From positions 930,001-994,000 of the forward strand of contig NW_025767020.1 in NCBI RefSeq assembly GCF_003918875.1: DNA of 64,000 nucleotides. The letters run 5' to 3'. The notes beneath the pieces were generated by a model. That model made no database searches. It had not been told where the DNA came from and saw only the letters and a program-made list of their open reading frames with translations. The DNA is from Haliotis rubra (taxonomy: Eukaryota). Made by a program: the position numbers and the translations under genes. Position 1 is the stretch's first letter. Each line of letters opens with the position of its first letter. Below are positions 12,262 to 25,800 of this stretch, piece after piece.

Positions 12262-12491
12262 CGTGAAGATCCGGGTTAGAATTGATCTTCGGTAACCCAC
12301 GTTTGTCGTAAGATGGATCGGGTGGTCAGGCTCTCTGACTTGGTTGACACATGTCATCGTATCACAATTGCGTCGATCCTCATGCTGTTGATCACTGGAT
12401 TGTCTGGTCTAGACTCGATTATTTACAGACTGCCGCCATATAGCTGGAATAGTCCTGAGTGCGGCGTAAAACTAAACCCACTCACTCACTC
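12262..12491 (+). mobile_element. V-domain-type SINE (family S1, ~230-270 bp, no tRNA head, (ACTC)n tail)
   Basis: cgtgaagatccgggttagaattgatcttc...gtcgtaaga...gatcgggtggtcagg...gcggcgtaaaactaaac. Other copies at ~1-33, 16978-17203(+), 22243-22482(-), 35582-35818(-), 38923-39155(-), 47851-48036(+), 49812-49935(-), 61927-62167(-) and 63065-63283(-). Confidence 0.85.
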
Positions 12492-14966
12492 TGGTCATAG
12501 TCACTGCATAATGTTTACCCACGTGACCAATCAAACCCTCTCATCGGCTTGATGAGCTTATATCCCAAAACTTCCACATCCCAATACTTCCACAAACTGT
12601 TAAAACAACAACCCCTCATCACCCCTTTTTAGGTAATAGGATAGCCCGGGAAGTGCACTTAACTGAAACAACAGATAATGATATATCACCTGACTTAGCT
12701 GAGTAGAGGTTTTAGTAGAGAAGAGAGCAGTTAGATAATAAATCTGAAATCTAATATAATATAAATTCGTGCATATTTCATGTAGGAAAACATGGTAAAT
12801 TTTGTTTTCTTGTTTTACTTTGAAATGTTGTTGTATTCTGACTATTTAAAACATACATTATGCAGCATAACGTACATTTAATGTACATGTATATTAAAAT
12901 ATGTTGTTTTACAATATAACATGGCTGCCAAATGTGCCGGTGAAATCTTGGACACTATAGGACATGATTTCTATATAAATGTTCCACATAGACTATGATA
13001 TGCAACTACAAAAGATATGTACTTTTTGTAAATATCCCTGCCTTAATAAAACATATAATTTATTACTAAGTGATTGTTTCTATTCACTACTGATTAATGG
13101 GTTAAACCATTACAGACTGAGGTATTCAGTATGTTCGCAGTCAACCAAAAATGTTGTTATAAGCTGTAAAGGTTTTGGGAGGATACCCGTGAGGAGCGTC
13201 GATTTATTTCACAAGGTCACCCACTCCAATTATCAACATGGCTGTCATAGAGTGACCTCCCTTGGAAATTGGGCAACTCAACATGACTGATCTTGTGCTA
13301 AAATTGAACTTACTGCATGAAATGTATTGCTAAATAAACTCTCATAACCCAAATCTACCCTAGAACATGTCACATGTCAGTCTACGGACAATCCAACAAT
13401 ACAATAAAGCCGGCTATGCTTTCTGTTGCATTACATTCAGTTTGATTACACTTGGGAAACAATCGATAGAAACATTAAAACATTAATACCCCTACCTCGT
13501 TCAACTTGAACACGCCTTCCCCGAGGGTTTGGGCCACCAAAATTAAAGTACATACTTGTGTCAGCTTCAATGTCAATCGAACAGGAGCTACATAGACAGG
13601 CTGCGTAGTACAGGCTTGATAAGAGGATGATAATTGTGTTTCACCGTTGCATTTATTGCATGCAATATTACTCTTAGGTCAAGTGTAGAGATAGTGTGGA
13701 AATCAGGTGATATGACACACCCTGCCTTATCACCCACTCTGCACATCTTGACCAGATAGAACACCAGTGCTTGTCACCGTCCATTAGACCATGTGGTTTA
13801 TACTCTTACAGTTGGTTAGACTAAACAACAACAACAACAAGTACTGTCGGAAATAGAACAAAAATGTTTTTTCGCATTCATATCTACATTTTATGTAATT
13901 AATATGTGAAAGTGTGAAATATCTGTTAATTTCGGCCTAACTACAGTCGCAGTGGTAGGGAAATAGGAAACGTAAAAAGAGGACTTTACTAAGGAGAGAA
14001 CAGTGCAGAAATGAGCAATGCGGGTCCAAAGCGACTTATTTGGAACAGACCATGGCTTTATGCAAATTAGTGTGCGGTGATATTGTATTACAAAGGACAC
14101 TTTTTAAATGCCCATTTTGAAATTAAACTTAGCTTCATTATAAACGATAGCTGACGTATAAAAATAGTAACTTTAATACTGAAAGTCTTGAGGATGTAGC
14201 TACAATGGAGTCTCACTATCACTATAAAAAGAAATAGGTAAGGTAGGAGGGTCGTCTCAAAAGCAAACCCAGGACGGGTGTCGCAGACAGTGGTTGAGGT
14301 CGGGCTGGGGGATATAGATATCAACTAAGATAAGATGATCCTTTAGGGGAATTAAACTTGGGAATTAAACGGCATGTCATTGCAATTTATAAATAATATC
14401 CAGTCCTGTCGAACTTCGATGGCTTTTCTATGGGTATCATACTTAGGCTTAGTCCCTGACTATATGTAATTTTGATTGCAAGTAATAAAACCATTTAAAT
14501 TAAAGACGAGCTCCAGTGAGTTGGAAGATTCGGGCTGACCTGGGGAAATTTAGACTTGCTTCATTTAGGGCTTTTAAATTTTAAAAGCATTGCGGGGGGA
14601 CTGTGAGACAGACTATTCAAAGTTGAAAAAGACTGGTAGTTATAGTTACATGAAGTCACTCTCCTTTGTCGATCTTTGCTGATTCCTCTGAAGGCTGAAT
14701 TACATTTATTGTTATATCAGCTACACATTTCAGGTAAAGGAAAATACATCTGCATTAATTGTTTTAATTCCGCAATTCAGTTACATTATCCATTTTTATA
14801 GTGTGTCAATGTAACTGTTTGTACCCATGCTTTGTAATATGTAATTTTCCTTTTGGTGTACAGTAATATTTCTCCACTTGTCTATGAAACATATCAGAGT
14901 AAACTAATGGAATTAACAATTTTCACCATGTTCATGCAAATAATACTATAAATCACAATATGAAGT

Positions 14967-15320
14967 CCGCCTCCGTGGTGTAGTGGTTAGAGCGTCCGCC
15001 CGGAGAGCGGAAGGTCGCGGTTCGATCCCCAACCGCGTCATACCAAAATACGTTAAAATGTGGTACTCTTGGTCCCTGTCTGGCGCTCGGCATTAATGGG
15101 TACAACAAGGACTGGTCGTCTCGGAGTCAGTATAATGTGTCTGAGTGGGGTATTCATGGTTCACTGCGGCATGGTATCACAGTGAGCTAGCACTATAAAA
15201 CCAGCTTAAGTCTGGGCTAGTACAAGCAGCCGCACATACACACACACGCGCATGCACGTCGTCATATTAGCGAAATATTCTCAAGTACGACGTTAAACCC
15301 CATATCACCTCACCTCACCT
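14967..15320 (+). mobile_element. tRNA-headed Meta-type SINE (family S3, ~355 bp, (TCACC)n tail)
   Basis: A box (tggtgtagtggttagagc) and B box (ggttcgatccc); core gtcataccaaa...ggactgg...gtcagtataatgtg; tail gacgttaaacccc..cacctcacct. A second copy lies at 37869-38224(-). Confidence 0.85.
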
Positions 15321-15901
15321 TTAACATACATCCTCATTGTCTGCAAGTAATGCTGTGTCTGAACCTTGTGGTATGTAATGTGAATGACGAATTGCTTATG
15401 TTTGAATTTGGTGTTATGATATTTTCTGTTGGCAAATAATAATGTAATAAATATATATGATTATAAACTAAAACTCTTTTGGACTTTGTATATAAAATGT
15501 CCATGTATGAAACTGTATGTAACTCAACTGAGCCTAGTGGGCTGTGTAGGTCAGGCAATTAGATAAACCTTGACTGTTTGTTGTTACCTGGTACGTTCTG
15601 TGGCTAGTTCACCGAGGACAGGAAATTCTTTAGGTCGGAGGTGTCATACTTAGGACAGGGAAATTCGTTCACTGGCGTTCAGCCTTCAGCCCAGTTGACA
15701 CAGGAAAGAAGTAGATCGGAGGTGAAACCTTTTATTATCCGGGCAAATAACAGTCGGTCGGGCGATGAGAAATACAGGTAGTACAACCAGAAATTATTGA
15801 GAATTTAAGATTGTAATTTTTTAAATTTTTTCACTCATTACTCACGTATTAAATGTGAATATTAGCAGAACATAACTCCAGATTCAAAGACAGGTGAACA
15901 G

Positions 15902-16857
15902 TTAGTATTTTGTCAAGTCACCATGGGCAGCAATGCAGTCTTCAATGCGACGGGGCATACTGCTGATCAAAGGAGTTAGAAAGTTGTGGTCCATGCTGTC
16001 CCAATATCGGACCACCTCTTCTTTCATTTCAGCAATATTTGTCAGATTTTTCTTATTGACACTTTCCTTCATAAGTCCCCAAACATTTTCTATTGGATTT
16101 AGGTCAGGGCTATAGCTTGGCCAATCTAATAATGTCATATTTTGGGTCCGAAACCAGGCCTGTGAATGCTTTGAACGATGTTTTGGGTCGTTGTCATGCT
16201 TGAAAATCCAAACATTTCCATAGAGCACGTGAGCAGATGGAAGTAAATGTCCCTCGAGAATATCTGTGTACCGCTCACTGTTCATATTCCCTTCAAATAC
16301 ACAGAGGGGCGTTGCCCCTAACACAGATATGCCACCCCACACGTTAAATTTCGGACTGTACTTTGGGCGCTGATACAAAGGTTTTCAGTTTGTTTGGTCC
16401 AGAATTTCAGTGTATTAGGAAACAGCCACACATTGTCCCAGTTAAAATTTCTATGCTGTAAGCATCAGTTCAACCTTCGCTCCTTTTGTTCAGGATTCAT
16501 GATCGGTGATGGAATTCCTCGACTTTTCTGCCAACCAAATGCATGCAGCTCAGTTCTAATTGTCTCCTTACAGACAGCCACAGTTCCTCTATCAATCATA
16601 TCCAGCCTTACGTTTTCTAAACTCCTTCGTTTGTTTTTTAGAAACAAGAATACCAAACCGCCTTCTGTCAACGACAGTCAATTTTCTGGGCCAACCTGCG
16701 CCTCCCTGGTGCTCAATGCCATATTCATTTGCAATATGTTTCAAAACACGATAAACAGTGGACAAAGGGATGCCTGTTCTACTTGAATCACTTTAGCTGA
16801 TCTGATGTCCTTGTTATAATACTCTAAAATCAACTTCCTCTTCTCTAAATCATCCAT
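15902..16857 (-). pseudogene. Tc1-family (DD34E) transposase, decayed by frameshifts and a stop; first catalytic D apparently deleted
   Basis: N-terminal HTH (GIPLSTVYRVLK..GAGWPRKLT); VWGGIS; HDNDPKH..WPSYSPDLNPIENVW with 34 residues between D and E. WDNVWLFPN lacks the expected F(S/T)DE. Confidence 0.9.
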
Positions 16858-17539
16858 ACTGAGGATCACTGAAAATGCCATCTGCTAGCAAGTAAATAAA
16901 GGGGGATAACTCTTCACAAACTAATGAAAAAGGATTAACAGAGGTGTCTCTCTTGAATGAAACCAAGCACGTGATAGCTGGAAGATCAGGGTTGGAATTG
17001 GTCTTCAGCAACCCATGTTTGTCGTAAGAGGCGATCGGTTGGTCAGGTTCGCTGACTTAGTTGACACATCTCATCGTATCCCAATTACGTAGATCGATGC
17101 TCATGATGTTGATCACTGGATTGTCTGGTCCAAACTCGATTATTAACAGCTGCCATATAGCTGGAATATTGCTGAGTGCGGTGTTAAACAACAAACACAC
17201 AAACAGTTGGCCGGGCGATGAGAAACACAGATATAACAAATGTGTTCATACAAGACAGCCGCTTTACTTGAAAACATCGCGACTATCGGTGCATAAAAGT
17301 GCATAACGTCACGTGTTACTGTAACCACAGCATCTACAACGAACAAGGAAGTTGTAGTAATCGACCCGTGTAGGATGAATCGTTTTCTTGGGAATACTAA
17401 CTCGTAAACTCGAGGGAATCGTGTAGACGCTGAAGATCCACTGGGGCGGAACGCACCACGATAGACCCCAGTGTAGGCCGGTGGATTTAATACTTATTGT
17501 AAAATGTCTCACCGTCAGTGAGGAGTGACATCACCAGAC

Positions 17540-19830
17540 ATGGAAATATGGGTTGTTTATCTGATGCTAGGCTTTCTACACATGTCGGGTGAGTGTTTCA
17601 TTTATGTAGCATTATGGAGTTTTGTTGGAGTCAGATGCGAATGAAATCTGAGGTGGCGGAATTCCTCCCCAATCGCGGTATCACACACATATATGTCTAC
17701 GATGGCGGTCGAGTAGCCTACTGGTTAATGCGTTTGCTCGTTACGCCGAAGATCCAGGTTCGATATCCCAGTACAGAGTATAGTTTTTAGGAATATTCCA
17801 GCAATATCACGGTGGGGGACACCAGAAATGGGCCTCACATTGTACCCATATGGGGAATCCTAATGGTTAGAGCGTTCGCTCTTCACGCTTAAGACCCGGG
17901 TTCGATTCCATACATGGGTACAATGTATGAAGCCCACTTCTGGTGTCCACCGATGTGATATTGCTGCTTAAATTTCACTCACTCACTATGTTGCATTGTT
18001 TCTGCTACAGATGGCCTTCTGTGCTATCAGTGTTCCAGCAGCGGAAGTAAAGGCGAATGTATGACAGGGTACGGTACGTTCATAAGGGTGTCCAACGCAC
18101 TGTCCTCACCCAACAGCACCTTTGTTCGTGGGGGCGGCCCCACAGCCAGTGAAGTTCCTCACTACAAGAACTGCAACACCTTCGGTAACAGAAGCATGTG
18201 TATCATCGAAGAAGTTCGAAATGTGTGTAAGTGGTTATATGAACATGAACATTGTAATTTGAAAGCAGACAAGCTGAAATTGGGAGCTTGTTTGTTTATG
18301 TTGTNNNNNNNNNNNNNNNNNNNNNNNNNNNNNNNNNNNNNNNNNNNNNNNNNNNNNNNNNNNNNNNNNNNNNNNNNNNNNNNNNNNNNNNNNNNNNNNN
18401 NNNNNNNNNNNNNNNNNNNNNNNNNNNNNNNNNNNNNNNNNNNNNNNNNNNNNNNNNNNNNNNNNNNNNNNNNNNNNNNNNNGAACATGTTCAGGCATAT
18501 ATCCTGTCATCTTACATCTTACACGATAAGCTGTGCCAACGCCCGGTACCAAAAACATCAGATTCTTTTATTGATTGGTCAGCTTTAGAAACAGACAATG
18601 TCCGATTCCCCACAAGTGTACAATGTGTGAAGCCCATGTAATAATATTGATGAAATATTGCTAAAAGCGGCGTAAAATTAAACTCACTCACTCAAACTGA
18701 TACCTGATGCCATCACTGAATCACAGCAGTGATTCGAGGCATCCTTCACGAATGTCCGCAGTATATATCGTGAAAGTATTGGCAAGGAACCTGCGAGACG
18801 ATTATCATCACGATACAATAGTGGCAATATGATACGTATGCCCATCATTTACAATTTCTAATAACAGAACAGATATGATAGATAAAATGACTGAAACTTT
18901 ATTTGTTATACAGCAGAACTTGTGTTACATTCACTTAAACAGCTGTTGATCTAATAAAGTTTCAGCATTTAATGCTTATGAAAGTACAGTCAAACATATT
19001 TGGTATACCTTGATCTAATACACATAAATTTGAAAGCGAATCACTGAAAAACAATCTTTAGTCTGCCTTCTAAATTTTATCTTCTCTTTGTCCTCTTTCT
19101 TAACAAAGCTAAGACATCGTTCATAGTTGTTAATAGTGTCATTTGTCAAACATCTAAAACATATTTCAATTACTTGAAGACAAGTTTTCTACAGTTCACA
19201 GAGTTTGCAAAATGTTCACACTCTTTCACTTAAACACCAACTCCTTTGTTCCTGTAACAAAGATAACAGACACATTAAAGTCCTTTTAGGTTCAATTTCA
19301 AAGGATTTCAAAGAGACTCCTATCATATTACTAATGCAATATTCCTTAAAACTTTAAGTAGTATTTAAGTTGTATCGGGATATATCGTCTCTTGTGGCGA
19401 TACATTGATGTATCATAGACCCTCGCGATATACATATCCTGATATATTGCCTCAATGTGTTTTGTATCGATACACTCGTATCGCGTAGTTAACGATGTCA
19501 ATACTATCGATGAATCGTTACACCACTAATGGGTATGTTATATTGGTTTTTTGTTGGTCTGTTGCTATAGTTACGGGAGATGTTTCAAGCTTCAACCGGG
19601 ACTGTTCAGACGGTGTGTCGTTCTCCATCAACTCTACCTCCCTGAGCACAGACACGCCTGCCAACTTTACTGCTTGCGCATACGGTAACCATGGCTACCA
19701 AATCTGCATCACTCTGTGCAATTCCGGAAACTTCTGCAATGGGCCCAATAGAGGAGCACAACAAGAAAATCCCTCTGTTGTCGCGTTAACCTTCCTACTT
19801 TGCTTATTCTATTCTTGCGTCAAATTCTAA
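17540..19830 (+). CDS. Ly6/uPAR three-finger (Quiver/Sleepless-like) protein A, 174 aa, signal peptide and GPI-like tail. Exons 17540-17588, 18011-18226, 19571-19830
   Basis: Exon 1 MEIWVVYLMLGFLHMS G|gtgagt. Exon 2 (D)GLLCYQCSSSGSKGECMTG...KNCNTFGNRSMCIIEEVRNV. Exon 3 FTGDVSSFNRDCSDG...TACAYGNHGYQICITLCNSGNFCNGP plus a hydrophobic C-terminus. Both introns are GT-AG, phase 1; 10 Cys ending in CN; AATAAA at 19840-19845. Confidence 0.88.
18305..18482. other. Assembly gap (N run) in intron 2 of gene A
   Basis: Run of N. Confidence 1.
18765..19528. mobile_element. Probable non-autonomous hAT-like element (CGATA/TATCG-rich subtermini) in intron 2 of gene A
   Basis: Clusters of gatac/tatcg at both ends; terminus ...gaatcgttacaccacta. 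A similar end (catcgttacagcccta) lies at ~22815-22830. Confidence 0.4.
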
Positions 19831-20024
19831 ATATCCCAGAATAAATACGGTTTTTGTTGTTACTTTTGTTTGTTTTTCAGTACATTTAGTTGTGCAGTAT
19901 AAAGGATTTTATAGAGTTTCTAGAGTGGCCTATTTTAGACTACACCGACTGTACGCAAATTTTGAATTACTTTTCTGGCATGTGAAAAAAAGGAAGCCAG
20001 GTCAAAGTGTAAAAGGTTGAAATA

Positions 20025-21830
20025 TACTGAACCACAAAATATAACGTCGCTTTTCAAAACCAAGTGCACAAAAATTTGTTCTTGCAAGGTGATGTTTTTA
20101 TTGTGATTGTACTGTTTTCTTAACATGTTTTACAATCCAAATTGACAGTTATTACCAAAATCAGTGTGTTTTCTGATGAAAAAGCATATCGACCTAACGC
20201 ACCGAAAAAGGCAGACATGGTAAAAGAGTCCGCATGACATTCGTGAAAATGAAAATGCACGAGCATGTCGTGACAACCCTACCAATGAAAGCGAGTCCCA
20301 AACTCGCCTGAAATCATTTTTTGTTTTGACACAGGCTCCATGCTAGTTCTTATGAGAGATCAGAGGAGTGAGTGAGTGAGTTTAGTTTTACGCCGCACTC
20401 AGCAATATCCCAGCTATACGGCGGCGGTCTGTAAATAATCGAGTCTGGACCAGACAATCCAGTGATCAACAGCATGAGCATCGATCTGCGCAATTTGGAA
20501 CCGATGACATGTGTCAACCAAGTCAGCGAGCCTGACCACCCGATCACGTTAGTGGCCTCTTACGACAAGCATAGTCGCCTTTTATGGCAAGCACATGGGT
20601 TGCTGAAGACCTATTCTACCCCGGATCTTCACGGGTCGAGATCAGAGGAACCAAGTCATGAGACGATTGCAAGTTGTCCAGACTGCCAATCATTTGGATG
20701 TTCATGTTAGGACAGTAGGAGTGGTATCAGGTCACTAAGAGCATTCAAATCCGTCCACGCGGTGGGCGACCTTCAGTTACATCACAACTTCAAGACTGAC
20801 AGATTGTGCGCCACCATCTGCAGGATCGCTTCCCCAGACCGACGGAAACAGCACGCCATACTATTGGGACTAACAACAGACCCATTAGTGCCGATACAGT
20901 GCGTCGACGTTTGTGCGGAAGAAACCTCTGCTGTCACAGACCCTCGCGTAGTCTTGTCCTCACTGCTCATCATCGCCAAACCCAACTGCAACGGGCAACT
21001 CAGCATCGAAATTGGTATTATCGACAATGGAGAACTGTGCTGTTATCTCATGAAAGACGATATTGTGTTTCGACAGTCGATTGCAGAGTGAGAGTTATGG
21101 CGAGGGCGTGGTGAAATGTTTTGCAATGAGTGTATTGTTGAAAGAGACTCGTGGAGTGGTCTAAGCATCATAGTGTCACTAGTGTGGGGTTCAATCGGTC
21201 TGAACCAATTAGCTGACACCATGGCGTTCCAGAATTTTAGTCCAGAATGAGGAAATGACATGACAGCTACTCGCTAGACCCACGTTGTACCACATTTTGG
21301 ACGTTACAGAAATCACATCTTCCAGCAAGACAACGGTCGTGCCCACACTGCAAGAGCAACATTGGACTTCCTAAGACAACATGGCATCCAAACCCTACAA
21401 TAGCCTACACTCATTCCGTATTTAAATCCAAAAGAACACCTTTGGGACGAGATTCAAAGAAGACTGAATGTCCTCCAACCAAGGCTGACAACTGCGACAA
21501 GATTCAATCAGGCATTTCGCAGAGTATGGACTCAAGCGCCTATGGCCTTCATCAACCAGCTAATTCGTTCCATATTCAGACGACTCACTCATTCATCGAT
21601 GTCCATAGAGGCCACACACGATACTGACTTTGGGGTATCTTAATGGTACCACTTTTGGTGATGTTGTTTGTGTTAACTCTAAATGTTATTCCCGAAAATG
21701 TGTTAACCATACTTGTCAAGTTTGAACTCAGTCCTCCGTTTTCCCTCCGGTTTTATTGCTAATTGGAGTGAATTAAAGTGTGTGCTTTAAGAAACCCCTA
21801 TCAGTGCGACATTTCTTTTGTGGTTCAGTA
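20025..21830 (+). mobile_element. Decayed Tc1-family transposon with both TIRs and TA TSD, interrupted by a SINE
   Basis: TIR tactgaaccacaaaa..aacgtcgc (20025-) pairs with gcgacatttcttttgtggttcagta (-21830), flanked by TA. Remnant ORF: RPRGGRPSVTS..ISADTVRRRL..WRTVLLS..FQQDNGRAHTAR..LNPKEHLWDEIQRRL (D-34-E spacing). Confidence 0.88.
20368..20637 (-). mobile_element. Full-length S1 (V-domain) SINE with 12-bp TSD GAGATCAGAGGA, nested in the Tc1 element
   Basis: TSD at 20356-20367 and 20638-20649; 5' end GACCCGTGAAG. Confidence 0.92.
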
Positions 21831-22834
21831 TATATACGGTGAAACACTTTTTTGGGAACAGGCTTGTTTGCAACCTAAATATACACTCTGCACAGTGTAT
21901 GTTCAGAAGGGCTTGAAATCATACAAGAGATGACTGCATTACGTTGACGTTGGATTGACCTCTTTGGTAATGTGGGCAAGGTGTCCGATCTCGGTCCGAG
22001 GTTCGAATCAGATCGTAGAACTTGAGAATGTTATTACCGGAACGTATACAATTTGTTGCGGTCGAAGATCCCTACAAGACTAATACCGGATGCAACCTTT
22101 TCAACCATGCATGCATGTGACACTGTTCTGTTAACGTTGTTGTTGTTTTTCACCATGGACTACCTGAGATGTTCGCTATCAGATTAAAGTATGAGGCATC
22201 TGTTGTTTGTTTGTAGCCTCAAGTATATACATCATAAAAATATGAGTGAGTGAGTGAGTTTAGTTTTACGCCGCACTCAGCAATATTCCAGCTATATGGC
22301 GGCGGTATGTAAATAATCGAGTCTGAATCAGACAATCCAATGATCAACAGCATGAGCATCGATCTACGCAACTGGGATACGATGACATATGTCAACCAAA
22401 TCAGCGAGCCTGACCACCCGATCCGGTTAGTCGCCTCTTACGCGTTGCTGAAGATCAATTCTAACCCGGATCTTCATGGGTCGGAAGTAGGTTGAACTAA
22501 GTGCCGTTTGAAAAAGTTTCTTTCTTTGCTGTTTAACGTCGCATCCAGCAATATTATTTCGGGATATAAATGCAGACTGACAAACCAGGGGGTGATATGG
22601 AGGGGTGACTATTGAGGCGGAATCAACTATTGCAAAAGCGATAGTCTATTGCAACATACTATTGCGATAGGGATACTCTATTGCGACCAACATGAGACTT
22701 GAAAACCAGATCAAGTTTGTTTTAAGAGGTAACAGGGGCGGATAAGTCTAACTCAAAATGAACGAATCTGCTACTTCGGAGACACAACAATTGCAATGCA
22801 TCGATAGATCGATGCATCGTTACAGCCCTAGTGA

Positions 22835-25800
22835 TATGCTGTTCTGTAGGATTGAACACATCTACTTTGCTCTGATGTTTTGTGGGATTGAACACATCTA
22901 CTGTGCTCTGGTGTTTTGTGGGATTGAAAACATACACTTTGTTATGATGTTTTGTAGATTGAACACATCTACTTTCCTCTGCTGTTCTGTAGGATTGAAC
23001 ACATCTACTTCCCTCTGCTGTTCTGTGGAATTGAACACATCTACTTTGCTCTGATGTTCTGTGGGACTGATCACATCTACGTTCCTCTGATGTTCTGTGG
23101 ATTGAACACGTCTTCTTTGCTCTGATGTTTTGAGGGATTGAACACATCTGCTTTCCTCTGATGTTCTGTGGATTGAACACATCTACTTTGCTCTGATGTT
23201 TTGTGGGATTGATCACATATACTTTGCTCTGATGTTCTGTGGGATTGAACACATCCACTTTGCTCTGATGTTCTGTGGATTGAACACATCTACTTTGCTC
23301 TGATGTTCTGTGGGATTGATCACATCTACTTTCCTCTGATATTATGTAGGATTGATCACATCTACTTTTCTCTGATGTTCTGTGGGATTGAACACATCTA
23401 CGTTCCTCTGCTGTTCTGTAGGATTGAACACATCTACGTTCCTCTGCTGTTCTGTAGGATTGAACACATCTACGTTCCTCTGCTGTTCTGTGGGATTGAA
23501 CACATCTACTTTCCTCTGATGTTCTGTGGATTGATCACATCTACTTTGCTCTGATGTTTTGTGGGATTGAACACATCTACTTTCCTCTGATGTTCTGTGG
23601 GATTGATCACATCTACTTTCCTCTGCTGTTCTGTAGGGCTGAACACATCTTTTTTGCTCTGATGTTTTGTTGGATTGAACACATCTACTTTGCTCTGATG
23701 TTCTGTGGGACTGATCACATCTACGTTCCTCTGATGTTCTGTGGATTGAACACACCTACTTTGCTCTGATGTTTTCTGGGATTGAACACATCTGCTTTCC
23801 TCTGATGTTCTGTGGATTGAACACATATACTTTCCTCTGATTTTCTGTAGGATTGAACTCATCTACTTTGCTCTGATGTTTTTGTGGGATTGATCACATC
23901 TACTTTGCTCTGATGTTTTGTGGATTGAACACATCTACTTTGCTCTGATGTTTTGTGGGATTGATCACATCTACTTTCCTCTGATGTTTTGTGGGATTGA
24001 TCACATCTGCTTTCCTCTGATATTATGTAGGATTGATCACATCTACTTTCCTCTGCTGTTCTGTGGGATTGAACACATCTACGTTCCTCTGCTGTTCTGT
24101 AGGACTGAACACATCTACGTTCCTCTGCTGTTCTGTAGGACTGAACACATCTACTTTGCTCTGATGTTCTGTGGATTGAACACATCTACTTTGCTCTGAT
24201 GTTTTGTGGGATTGAACACATCTACTTTCCTCTGATGTTCTGTGGGATTGATCACATCTACTTTCCTCTACTGTTCTGTAGGGCTGAACACATCTTTTTT
24301 GCTCTGATGTTTTGTTGGATTGAACACATCTACTTTGCTCTGATGTTCTGTGGGACTGATCACATCTACGTTCCTCTGATGTTCTGTGGATTGAACACAT
24401 CTACTTTGCTCTGATGTTTTGTGGGATTGAACACATCTACTTTCCTCTGATGTTCTGTGTGGGATTGAACACATCTACTTTCCTCTGATGTTCTGTAGGA
24501 TTGAACACATCTACTTTGCTCTGATGTTTTTGTGGGATTGAACACATCTACTTTGCTCTGATGTTCTGTGGATTGAACACATCTACTTTGCTCTGATGTT
24601 TTGTGGGATTGATCACATCTGCTTTCCTCTGATATTATGTAGGATTGATCACATCTGCTTTCCTCTGCTGTTCTGTGGGATTGAACACATCTACGTTCCT
24701 CTGCTGTTCTGTAGGACTGAACACATCTACGTTCCTCTGCTGTTCGGTAGGACTGAACACATCTACTTTGCTCTGATGTTCTGTGGATTGAACACATCTA
24801 CTTTGCTCTGATGTTTTGTGGGATTGAACACATCTACTTTCCTCTGCTGTTCTGTGGGATTGATCACATCTACTTTCCTCTGCTGTTCTGTAGGACTGAA
24901 CACATCTTTTTTGCTCTGATGTTTTGTGGGATTGAACACATCTACTTTCCTCTGATGTTCTGTGGGATTGATCACATCTACTTTCCTCTGATGTTTTGTG
25001 GGATTGAACACATCTACTTTTCTCTGATGTTCTGTGGGATTGAACACATCTACTTTCCTCTGATGTTCTGTAGGATTGAACACATCTACTTTCCTCTGCT
25101 GTTCTGTAGGATTGAACACATCTACTTTCCTCTGCTGTTCTGTGGGATTGAACACATCTACTTTCCTCTGATGTTCTGTGGGATTGATCACATCTACTTT
25201 CCTCTGCTGTTCTGTGGGATTGAACACATCTACTTTCCTCTGATGTTCTGTGGGATTGAACACATCTACTTTCCTCTGATGTTCTGTGGGATTGATCACA
25301 TCTACTTTGCTCTGATGTTTTGTGGGATAGAACACATATACTTTCCTCTGATGTTCTGTGGATTGAACACATCTACTTTCCTCTGATATTCTGTAGGATT
25401 GAACACATCTACTTTGCTCTGATGTTCTGTGGGATTGATCACATCTACTTTCCTCTGATGTTCTGTGGGATTGATCACATCTACTTTGCTCTGATGTTCC
25501 GAAGGATTGATCACATCTACTTTGCTCTGATGTTATGTGGGATTGAACACATCTACTTTCCTCTGATGTTTTGTGGGATTGATCACATCTACTTTTCTCT
25601 AATGTTCTGTAGGATTGAACACATCTACTTTGCTCTGATGTTCTGTATGGGATTGAACACATCTACTTTCCTCTGATGTTCTGTGGGATTGATCACATCT
25701 ACTTTCCTCTGATGTTCTGTGGGATTGAACACATCTACTTTGCTCTGATGTTCTGTGGGATTGAACACATCTACTTTCCTCTGATGTTCTGTGGGATTGA

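Noticed and set aside
14645-14739. Alternative signal exon for gene A (…LLLYQLHIS G|gtaaag resembles …FLHMS G|gt)
   Set aside because: There is no in-frame ATG before an upstream TAG, and a clean exon 1 exists at 17540. It could be a decayed copy or a UTR exon, but that is unsupported.
14967-15040. Genuine tRNA genes (also the S2 heads and ~46066-46140)
   Set aside because: Acceptor stems do not pair properly, and the S2/S3 heads continue into SINE bodies with TSDs.
15751-17232. ~28-bp imperfect direct repeat (cagtyggycgggcgatgagaaayacag) flanking the Tc1 + SINE block as a TSD
   Set aside because: Too long and diverged for a Tc1 (TA) or SINE (12-13 bp) TSD. Its origin is unclear, so it is not called.
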